Of a stretch of 64,000 bases of DNA, positions 56,414-64,000 are shown piece by piece (the stretch's first letter is position 1; each line of letters begins with the position of its first letter). The stretch comes from Candidatus Helarchaeota archaeon. GTDB lineage: Archaea; Asgardarchaeota; Lokiarchaeia; Helarchaeales; RDOG01. Under the pieces are notes generated by a model that saw only the letters and a program-made list of their open reading frames with translations, was not told the DNA's origin and searched no databases. The position numbers were made by a program, and so were the translations under genes. The stretch covers positions 320,001 through 384,000 of the forward strand of contig JAHPZH010000002.1 of the NCBI GenBank assembly GCA_019058315.1, given 5' to 3'.

Positions 56414-58213
56414 ATGTCAAAAGAAGGAAAAAAATCTGAGAAAACAATTCGAGAGATAGATTATGGCTATGATCTTTTCTCAATAGCAAAAAAATTTCTT
56501 CCAGTTGAACAGGAACGTGTTGTTTATAAGACAATGCAAAAGGTCTTTGGCGTAAATCCATTAGCTCCTAGAGACAACTCTATGTATCGCAGAGGTGGAT
56601 TTAAACAAAATAAAAGAAAAGTAGAATTCATGAAAGCTGCTAAAAAAATTGCCAAAGAGAGAGGAATTCCCATGTATAATCGTGCAGTCGGAATTCCACT
56701 TGGACAAAGAGCGTTAGAGCCATATCTAATATCTGGTACAGATACTTTTGTTGATTTTGATGATGTTCATCATGTTAATAACGCTGCCATCCAACAGATG
56801 GTAGATGATATTAAAAGAACCGTAATTATCAATCTTGATATTCCACATCGTGTTCTCCAAGTTAGAGCAGGAAAGGAGATTACACCTGAAACTGTAAATC
56901 TTTACTTAGAAACTATTCAGCACACCATGGCAGGAGGTGCTGTAGCCCAAGAGCATATGGCTGAAATAAATCCTGGATTAACATTTGATGGATATGCGAA
57001 GGTAATCACAGGAGATGATGAAATACGGGACATGCTCGACAAGAGATTTTTATTAGATATTGATAATTTATTCCATCCAAGTCGGGTTGAACAATTAAAA
57101 AGAGCAATTGGTAGCACAATGTTTTTACTTGCCCGAGTTCCAACCATAGCGGTTCGGATGGCAGATGGTGGAGTTGTATATCGATGGGCTGCAATGCAAT
57201 CTACTATGGCATTTGTTGCAAGTTACCGATTAACAGGAGAAAGCATTATCTCAGATTTAGCTTATGCTGCAAAAAGTGCACAGCTTGTCCAGATGGGTGA
57301 AAGAACGTGGTTTGCGAGAGCAAGGAGTCAAAATGAAATAGGTGGAATACCATTTGGCTATATGAATGACTTTATGCAATCAGATTCTCGACTTCCAGCA
57401 AAACCGTTCCTAAGGGTCATACATGAAGATGGCGTTGATGTGGCAAGAGAATATATAGGTGCATTAACAAAAGGCCTTGGTGCTATTGGGGCAGTTTTGA
57501 CTGAACAATATTGGTTAAGTTTTTATATGTCTGGAGGTATTGGATTTGCCACCACAGTTGCAAGCGCAGGATATTGTGGTAATGTATTAGAAGAATTCAC
57601 TGACCAAACTACGGAAATTCTTGCAAAATATGGCAAGGTGCTTAAAGTCAAACCAAATTGGGATACAGTCCGTTGGGTTATTGATCTTATTATACAATAT
57701 TGCATGGAGACCTATGAAAAATATCCATCATTGACCGAATATCATTGGGGTGGTGCACATAGAATATCAGTAATTGGGAACCTTTCAGCGACTGTAGCTT
57801 CTTTATTAACAGGCTCTTCAACTTTAGGCTGTATGGCTATGCATTATTCAATAGGTTTGTTAATGAAGGAAGGTTGGTTAAGAACGGGTTGGGCAGGTCA
57901 AGAAGTCCAAGATCACGTGGGTATCGCTTATCTTTGTAGTCCCAGAATAGAGGAAGGAGTCTTTCCAGAACTTAGAGGCATGAATTATCCTGTTGCAAGC
58001 TTTACTGCTGGTCATGCTAGCGGATATATTGGCGCTGCGGCAGGAACTGCTCTTCATAGGGGTCAACCTTGGTCAACTTCTCCTATAGTCAAAGCCGCAT
58101 TTGCAGATCCTCATTTAATATTTGATTTCGCAGAACCAAGGCTAGCAATTGCTAAAGCGTGTTTGAGAGAATTCAAACCCGCAGGTGAACGAGATCTAAT
58201 TATTCCAACATAA
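56414..58213 (+). CDS. mcrA: Alkyl/methyl-coenzyme M reductase alpha subunit, divergent ACR type
   Basis: GIPLGQR, HHVNNAAIQQM.DDI.RT, GGAVAQEHM, YMSGGIGF, ELRG.NYP, AFAD, PAGER. Confidence 0.97.
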   Translation: MSKEGKKSEKTIREIDYGYDLFSIAKKFLPVEQERVVYKTMQKVFGVNPLAPRDNSMYRRGGFKQNKRKVEFMKAAKKIAKERGIPMYNRAVGIPLGQRALEPYLISGTDTFVDFDDVHHVNNAAIQQMVDDIKRTVIINLDIPHRVLQVRAGKEITPETVNLYLETIQHTMAGGAVAQEHMAEINPGLTFDGYAKVITGDDEIRDMLDKRFLLDIDNLFHPSRVEQLKRAIGSTMFLLARVPTIAVRMADGGVVYRWAAMQSTMAFVASYRLTGESIISDLAYAAKSAQLVQMGERTWFARARSQNEIGGIPFGYMNDFMQSDSRLPAKPFLRVIHEDGVDVAREYIGALTKGLGAIGAVLTEQYWLSFYMSGGIGFATTVASAGYCGNVLEEFTDQTTEILAKYGKVLKVKPNWDTVRWVIDLIIQYCMETYEKYPSLTEYHWGGAHRISVIGNLSATVASLLTGSSTLGCMAMHYSIGLLMKEGWLRTGWAGQEVQDHVGIAYLCSPRIEEGVFPELRGMNYPVASFTAGHASGYIGAAAGTALHRGQPWSTSPIVKAAFADPHLIFDFAEPRLAIAKACLREFKPAGERDLIIPT

Positions 58214-58294
58214 TTTCAAAGTTTATTTAATCATTTTAATTTATTTAGCATAGAAATAACCTAGAAATGTGATTTAAAAAAAAGATGATAAAAA

Positions 58295-59896
58295 ATGGAA
58301 GATTTTATTGTTGTTAAAAACCTATTTAAAGAGTTTGAAAGAGGCTCCCCTGCTTATATTGATATAAGCTTTACAATTAAAGAAGGAGCCTCATTTGGTA
58401 TTTTGGGTAAGTCAGGATCTGGAAAAAGTGCTTTAATGCATGCACTTCGTGGCACTCCAGAATATAAACCGACGAAAGGAACAGTCATATATAGGATTTC
58501 TGCATGTCCTAATGATGATTGTCTTTATATCGATTACCCCTCATTAGCAAATTCAAGTTGCCCAAATTGCAACTCAACTTTGGAATTGAAAGAATTCGAT
58601 TTTTGGAAAGAGGCAGAAACTAACTCTCCCCTTTTTCGCGCACTTTATAATCGAATATCAATTATGTTGCAACGTACGTTCGCACTTTACGGAGAACTAC
58701 CCGTATTAGCAAATCTAACTGAGGCTCTAGAAAAAGCAGGCGTTCCTGAAAGACGAAGAGAGGGTAAAGCAGCATTATTACTATCAAAAGTTAATTTAAC
58801 ACACCGTTCAATGCATATTGCCCGTGACTTATCAGGAGGAGAAAAACAACGTGTAGTTTTCGCTATGAGTCTGGCGAAAAATCCACTTCTTTTCCTTGCA
58901 GATGAACCCACTGGAACACTTGATGTAATAACAAGTAAAAAAATCCATAAAACAATGAAGACGGCTGTTAATAAGGATAAACTTACGCTTATTGTGACTT
59001 CACATTGGCCACTTGCCGTTGAAGAATTAACATCAGAAGCAATATTATTAGAGGATGGAAAAATTACGATGCATGCTGATTCTTCTGAAGTGGCTAAGAA
59101 GTTTTTAAGTCAAGTAGAAAAAGTAGAGAGGACAAAAAGAGAGTTTAAAAATAAAATTATGAAAGTTGAGAATTGTATTAAACATTATTACACATTTGAT
59201 AGGGGAATTATTAGAGCTGTAGATGGTGTCTCTCTTGATATTTATGAAAATGAGATTTTTGGGCTTGTTGGTCTTTCAGGTTCTGGAAAAACAACTCTGT
59301 CCCTAATGATGTGTGGTTTGAAAGATATTACAATGGGAAAAATCTGGGTCAATATAGGGGATGAATGGGTCGATATGAGCATCCCAGGTCCATATGAACG
59401 TGGTAGAGCTACAAATTATATGGACATTCTTCACCAAGAATATGCTCTCTATCCTCATTTGATAGTTCTACAAAATCTAACTGGGGCAATAGAATATCCG
59501 ATTCCAGAGGAAATGAAAACCAAAAAAGCTTATGACTCATTAAAGGCAGTAAATTTCACAAATGATGAAATTGAAAATATTCTCTATAAATTTCCAGAAC
59601 AAATTAGTGAAGGAGAACGACACCGAGTTGCCATTTCTCGAATTTTAATAAAAGAACCGAAAATTTTGTTTTTTGATGAGGCAACTGGAACTGCAGACCC
59701 ATTAACTCGGATGGAAATAGTACGTTCAATAAAAAAATCCCGTGATGACCTTAATCAAACATATGTCATAATAAGTCATGATATTGATTTTGTCTTAGCT
59801 GCTTGTGATAGAGCAGCATTAATGAAAGATGGTCACGTTTTAAAAGTTGGAGAACCCGCGGAGATCATAGAATATTTTAAAGAGGTAGAGAAATAA
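58295..59896 (+). CDS. atwA: MCR system component A2 (double ABC ATPase with Zn site)
   Basis: GKSGSGKS, C.{4}C…CPNC, RISIMLQRTFALY, HIARDLSGGEKQR, WVDM..PG…RGRAT. Confidence 0.95.
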   Translation: MEDFIVVKNLFKEFERGSPAYIDISFTIKEGASFGILGKSGSGKSALMHALRGTPEYKPTKGTVIYRISACPNDDCLYIDYPSLANSSCPNCNSTLELKEFDFWKEAETNSPLFRALYNRISIMLQRTFALYGELPVLANLTEALEKAGVPERRREGKAALLLSKVNLTHRSMHIARDLSGGEKQRVVFAMSLAKNPLLFLADEPTGTLDVITSKKIHKTMKTAVNKDKLTLIVTSHWPLAVEELTSEAILLEDGKITMHADSSEVAKKFLSQVEKVERTKREFKNKIMKVENCIKHYYTFDRGIIRAVDGVSLDIYENEIFGLVGLSGSGKTTLSLMMCGLKDITMGKIWVNIGDEWVDMSIPGPYERGRATNYMDILHQEYALYPHLIVLQNLTGAIEYPIPEEMKTKKAYDSLKAVNFTNDEIENILYKFPEQISEGERHRVAISRILIKEPKILFFDEATGTADPLTRMEIVRSIKKSRDDLNQTYVIISHDIDFVLAACDRAALMKDGHVLKVGEPAEIIEYFKEVEK

Positions 59897-59897
59897 A

Positions 59898-60395
59898 ATG
59901 AAAGATTTAGATTCAGAACTGGAATATGAGTATAAAGAACCTTCAGGAAAATGGTGGGAAGAACTCGAATGGATTTTTCCTCCAGAAGAAGACCGAGAAC
60001 CCACATGTTATGAAATGGTTCAGAGTTTTATTATAAATAAAGTTGTTCCTTGTGCTAAGTGTGTGGAATTATCGGGACGGTTTTTACCTCGTGTAATTAC
60101 CATTGAAGCTGAACACCCGATTCGAGGAAATGAGTACTCACGAATAATTATAAGTCCAGTCGATGTAGCAGACGGAGCTCCAACAGTAGAACCCGACCTC
60201 TTAATCCATATTAAATATTACGACTTGTTAAGAGTATTAGATGGAGAATTAGATATAATGAAACCATTATTTTTTGGAGAAGGCTGGTTAATCGGTAATA
60301 CAACAACTGGTTTTGATTTGAAAGATTTAGTCGATGTAGCAAATGGAAAAGAATTAGTTGAGAGACCTAAAGCTTGGCCAATAGGTCACCCATAG
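59898..60395 (+). CDS. SCP2-like (sterol/lipid carrier) domain protein inside the ACR operon
   Basis: V.DG…EPDLLIHIKYYDLLRVLDGELDIMKPLFFGEGWLIGN matches the SCP2 C-terminal pattern also seen at 8877..9275. Confidence 0.62.
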   Translation: MKDLDSELEYEYKEPSGKWWEELEWIFPPEEDREPTCYEMVQSFIINKVVPCAKCVELSGRFLPRVITIEAEHPIRGNEYSRIIISPVDVADGAPTVEPDLLIHIKYYDLLRVLDGELDIMKPLFFGEGWLIGNTTTGFDLKDLVDVANGKELVERPKAWPIGHP

Positions 60396-60406
60396 GAGAG
60401 TTTAAT

Positions 60407-61801
60407 ATGATTAAAGATAAAGTTGACGTTTATAATGATGAGGGTGAATGCATAGGAGAAGATTTACCCATAAAAGCATTCTCTCCCTTATATAATCCGT
60501 ATATGGTAAAAGTTTATAATATGATCAAGAGAACCGCATTTATTTCACTAGAAAAATTAGAACAAAATATACGTAAAGGTCGTTTTGGTGAAATGACAAC
60601 CTTACGTCAGGACGAAATACAGATGCCTCAATTTGAACGGAAATGGAAGCTTGTTGATATGGGGCCTGAAATTGCGGAAAAAATGAATAAAATCATTTCT
60701 ATGGACGAAGGATTTAATGGTAAGGATGATGGTTCGAATGTAGATCTGATAGCGGGTGGTAAAATGCTAAGAGTATCCTTACCACAAAGAAGAATAGATA
60801 TTGCAGCTTCCATTGCCCCACTTTATACAATAACTGGGACTGCACTCGCTCAATCTCTTATTGATCTTCTTGATTTAAACCCAATGAATGATATTGATGG
60901 TTGTAATATAGTAAAAACGGCAATTTTTGGTCGTTTTCCACAAACCAGAGAATTTGGATCTTCATGTCCTATTTTTGCTTTTTGTAAACCTCCTCAATTG
61001 GAAGAAGGCATAGGAACTCTGTTCCGTGGTCTCATGATAAACCATATAGTTGCTTTGTCCAATTTTCGGACTTTCGATGCAGTAGCATTAGCAACTTTAT
61101 TAGAACAAGCAGGACAAACAGAGATGGGAAATGCTATAGGGTGGTATGAGCGCTATAATTTATTGACAACCGCATATCAAGGATTTAATGGAAATAACTT
61201 AGTGTTAGATTTAATTAAAGAATACGGTACTGATGGGACAGTTAGTGATGTTGTACATGGTCTAATTGAAAGATCTTTAAATGATGGGGTTATATATCCT
61301 AAAGGAGATAAATTCCCACACACTCAACCTTCTGGATATAAAATTTATTCAACTAAAGATTATCCGCTTTGGAATGCATATTCATGTGCTGGGTTGTTAG
61401 CTGCTGTTTGTGTAAATGTAGGTGCATCTCGTGCTGCACAAGGTTGTGGCGCAGTAATGTCTAGTTTTAGTGATATTCTTTCATTTGAAACTGGGGGTCT
61501 TCCAGATCCAGATGCTGGAAGGATTTTTGGGACTGCACTCGGTTTTACATTTTATACACATTCAATTTATGGTGGGGCTGGACCTGGGGCTTTTACGATG
61601 GACCATGTTATAACTCGCCATACTAGTGGCTTTTTTACACCATGTGTTGCTGCAGCGATGTGTCTAGATGCAGGAACCCAAATCTTTACTCCAAAATTGA
61701 CTTCTGGAAATTATTTTACGCTTCGAAAAGAAATACCACTGCTCACTGATGTTGTTGTTAAGACCACTGAGGCTGCAAAGGAGATAAAAAATAAATTTTA
61801 A
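60407..61801 (+). CDS. mcrB: Alkyl/methyl-coenzyme M reductase beta subunit
   Basis: DKVDVY, SPLYNP, KRT, EMGNAIG.YER, AYQG.N.NNLV, WNAY, HSIYGGAGPG, HVITRH, LDAGTQ; start ATG 60407 after AGGAG. Confidence 0.97.
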   Translation: MIKDKVDVYNDEGECIGEDLPIKAFSPLYNPYMVKVYNMIKRTAFISLEKLEQNIRKGRFGEMTTLRQDEIQMPQFERKWKLVDMGPEIAEKMNKIISMDEGFNGKDDGSNVDLIAGGKMLRVSLPQRRIDIAASIAPLYTITGTALAQSLIDLLDLNPMNDIDGCNIVKTAIFGRFPQTREFGSSCPIFAFCKPPQLEEGIGTLFRGLMINHIVALSNFRTFDAVALATLLEQAGQTEMGNAIGWYERYNLLTTAYQGFNGNNLVLDLIKEYGTDGTVSDVVHGLIERSLNDGVIYPKGDKFPHTQPSGYKIYSTKDYPLWNAYSCAGLLAAVCVNVGASRAAQGCGAVMSSFSDILSFETGGLPDPDAGRIFGTALGFTFYTHSIYGGAGPGAFTMDHVITRHTSGFFTPCVAAAMCLDAGTQIFTPKLTSGNYFTLRKEIPLLTDVVVKTTEAAKEIKNKF

Positions 61802-61811
61802 GGTGAAAATT

Positions 61812-62687
61812 ATGGAAGAAGATGTTTTTGCAGTTGCAGATATTGAAAAATTCAAGAGAAAGAAAAAGAAAGTAGAAAGAAAAGAAGTAGAGAAAAAAGT
61901 TGAAGTTATAGAGGGTAAATATGAACCTCAATTTTACCCAGGACAAGGTCCGGTATCGGAAAGAAGGCGAAAATTATTAAATAAAAATAAAAAGTTATTG
62001 AAATTACGAAGTATTCCAGATGATGATGTGGTTAAATTACTCGGACATCGTCTACCGGGCAGTTTATATCGTAGTATTCATCCCCCTCTAGACGAATTAA
62101 TCCAAGAATATGATCCTATTAAAATGCTTGTAAAACCTACCCCAGGAGCACGTGCAGGTGATCGTGTCCGCTTTGTCCAATTCACTGATAGTTTTTGGAG
62201 ACCTCCTTTTGCCCCTTGGTTAAGAGCAAGGTATTATTTCAATCGTCTACGAGGTGTGGATACCGTTATTTACTCGGGACGTGAAATTTTAGAAATGAGG
62301 GAACGTGATCTAGAGGCAGCCACAAAAATACTAATTGAAACAGAACTTTTCGATCCAGCTAGAACAGCTCTTAGAGGAATTACTGTTCATGGTAGTTCAT
62401 TGAGATTAGATACTGATGGATTAATGTTTGACGCTCGACGTCGATATGTATTGGATAAAGACGTTAATGAAGTTGTTTATATTAAAGATATGCATGCAAA
62501 GATGTTAGATAAACCTATCCCGGTAGGAAGACCTTTCAACGAAGATGAATTAGTTGAGTTTGACGTGACTTATAGATGGGATGCTTCGATGTATAAATCA
62601 CGTACTGAAATTTTAACAGTAATTAATAGAATTGCAAAAGGTAGATTATTAGCAGGTTTTAGACCAGAATTAGTAAATGATTTTTAA
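61812..62687 (+). CDS. mcrG: Alkyl/methyl-coenzyme M reductase gamma subunit with charged N-terminal extension
   Basis: YEPQFYPG, LGHR.PG, HPPL, GDRVR.VQF.DS, RGVD, SGR, RG.TVHG.SLRLD; ATG 61812 after AGGTGA (the ORF track uses GTG 61803). Confidence 0.96.
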   Translation: MEEDVFAVADIEKFKRKKKKVERKEVEKKVEVIEGKYEPQFYPGQGPVSERRRKLLNKNKKLLKLRSIPDDDVVKLLGHRLPGSLYRSIHPPLDELIQEYDPIKMLVKPTPGARAGDRVRFVQFTDSFWRPPFAPWLRARYYFNRLRGVDTVIYSGREILEMRERDLEAATKILIETELFDPARTALRGITVHGSSLRLDTDGLMFDARRRYVLDKDVNEVVYIKDMHAKMLDKPIPVGRPFNEDELVEFDVTYRWDASMYKSRTEILTVINRIAKGRLLAGFRPELVNDF

Positions 62688-62706
62688 TAAAAAGGATTGA
62701 AAATTT

Positions 62707-63570
62707 ATGACAGAAGAAATTGATGTTGAATTAACAGAAAAAATAAAAGAATTATGCCTGAAAGCAGGTGCAGACAAAGTAGGAATTGCAGATGCTGATA
62801 AAGCGGTAGGATCATCACAAGGTCATGCAAATCCAAGGGATATTCTCCCTAATGCGCGGTCAATAATTGTTTTAGCTTCAAAAATCCCCGATAGTGCCAT
62901 CGAATGTAAACATTCTGATGAATTAATCCACGCAAACTTTGTTGCCGTGCAACAAGCAATGAATATGGAACTTGTAAGAATAGGTTATAAACTCTCTCGA
63001 TTTTTAGAAAAATTAGGATATGATTCTATTCCAATTGCACCAGATATTCCTCGAGAAGAAAGTAGGAATATTTGGGTAGGAACTATATCTCATAAATATG
63101 TGGCACAACTCGCTGGTTTAGGTGAAATTGGTCTTGCGAACCTATTTCTTACACCTGAATGGGGTCCAAGAGTCAATTTATGTTGTATACTTACTGATGC
63201 ACCCCTACAACCAGATGGACCTAAATTAGTTGATAAAGTTTGTACAAAATGTAATAAATGTATAGAAGCATGTCCAACTAGAGCCTTAACTTCGAATAAT
63301 TATCCACCATTTAACTTCAATTTAAATCGGTGTCTATGGGCTACTCTTGGATTTTATCGGTTAACAAAAGTTGAGGAACCACCCGAAGACTGGATAGATG
63401 CAAAACCAAGCGCAAATATTGTTCTTCCCAAATATGAGGAAAAATACCCACAAATTCGCACTTTTGAAAATTGGGCTTCTAGATTGGGCGACTTTCCCCA
63501 ATGTATTGCATGTATGGCTGCATGTCCAATAGGAAAGGAGACTCATCAAAAAAGAATTGAGGGCGAATAA
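62707..63570 (+). CDS. Epoxyqueuosine reductase/reductive dehalogenase-like cobalamin- and 2x[4Fe-4S]-binding protein
   Basis: GADKVGIA, SHKYVAQLAGLGEIG, TPEWGPRV…LTDA, CTKCNKCIEACP, C…CIACMAACP. Confidence 0.88.
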   Translation: MTEEIDVELTEKIKELCLKAGADKVGIADADKAVGSSQGHANPRDILPNARSIIVLASKIPDSAIECKHSDELIHANFVAVQQAMNMELVRIGYKLSRFLEKLGYDSIPIAPDIPREESRNIWVGTISHKYVAQLAGLGEIGLANLFLTPEWGPRVNLCCILTDAPLQPDGPKLVDKVCTKCNKCIEACPTRALTSNNYPPFNFNLNRCLWATLGFYRLTKVEEPPEDWIDAKPSANIVLPKYEEKYPQIRTFENWASRLGDFPQCIACMAACPIGKETHQKRIEGE

Positions 63571-63604
63571 TCTCTTTTATTTTTGTTAAAAAAATAAAAA
63601 AAAA

Positions 63605-63826
63605 TTAAGATTCATGATCTCTTGGCATATAGTATATTACCGCCATTAAAATAAGGATTATCGTGAAAAAAACCAAAACAAACATCACATTAAGTGCATT
63701 TGGTGGAACTAAGTATGATGGGGTCATGCTTAATTGACAGAAATTATAAAAAACTAGTCCTATCATTCCTCCTATCAAAGTCATAAAGACAAAAACCGAT
63801 TTTTGATGATTTTTCAAGGACATCAT
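63605..63826 (-). CDS. Small 2-TM membrane protein
   Basis: 73 aa, two hydrophobic segments. Confidence 0.55.
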   Translation of the reverse strand: MMSLKNHQKSVFVFMTLIGGMIGLVFYNFCQLSMTPSYLVPPNALNVMFVLVFFTIILILMAVIYYMPRDHES

Positions 63827-63952
63827 TTTTTTACACTAGATTATAATCGACTCTAATGTATAAAATCTAATGATTGCGGCAAAGGGGTTAAAAAATCTTA
63901 CTAATATGGCAAAAACCTTAGTAGCAAGCATAAAAAAATTTTAAAAATAAAT

Positions 63953-64000
63953 CTATAAGGCTAGTTCAATTTTGGTTGCTTTCTTTTCATCTGGAAATTT
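63953..64000 (-). CDS. Possible 3' end of a CDS entering from the right edge (…KFPDEKKATKIELAL*)
   Basis: Open frame from 64000 to TAG at 63953-63955. Confidence 0.3.
   Translation of the reverse strand, partial: KFPDEKKATKIELAL

Noticed and set aside
59898-60395. mcrD or mcrC by position
   Set aside because: No McrD or McrC motifs recognised; the pattern fits SCP2
1679-63549. Many 60-100 aa ORFs overlapping longer genes on the opposite strand or in another frame (e.g. 1679, 4543, 8004, 10078, 14594, 19873, 38351, 46183, 56917, 63361)
   Set aside because: Shadow ORFs of well-supported genes with no motifs of their own
1-64000. CRISPR arrays, tRNA/rRNA genes, transposases, integrases
   Set aside because: No regularly spaced repeats, no extended GC-rich structural RNA and no recombinase motifs seen by eye; a covariance-model scan would be needed to exclude small RNAs

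Overview
Low-GC archaeal DNA, most likely Asgard (Ca. Helarchaeales-like). The inference rests on aRF1, Cdc6 and XPD together with a Rab-like GTPase, several longin-like domains, a probable gelsolin-like domain and a divergent methyl/alkyl-coenzyme M reductase. The main feature is an alkyl-CoM reductase (ACR)-type cluster at 56.4-63.6 kb in the order mcrA-atwA-[SCP2-like lipid carrier]-mcrB-mcrG-[QueG/RdhA-like cobalamin Fe-S protein]. It is preceded by two unknown paralogues and a double-cubane protein. A palindrome (WATRTC-N7-GAYATW) links mcrA, the first paralogue and a PadR/glcD-hdrD divergon. The left part of the window holds candidates for the unresolved alkyl-CoM to acyl-CoA steps: a corrinoid protein, an MtaA-like methyltransferase and a glycyl radical enzyme, plus Aor-ferredoxin-SCP2-Adh and an acyl-CoA ligase. 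Other notable items: an ECF transporter operon with three molybdopterin-domain-like surface proteins behind a ModE-box-like palindrome; a UxxC selenoprotein that the ORF track truncated; a catalytically degenerate Rab; an SBP-fused histidine kinase; and several gene-tail relics. No rRNA, tRNA, CRISPR or IS element was recognised. All family calls come from motif recognition by eye; no database search was run.
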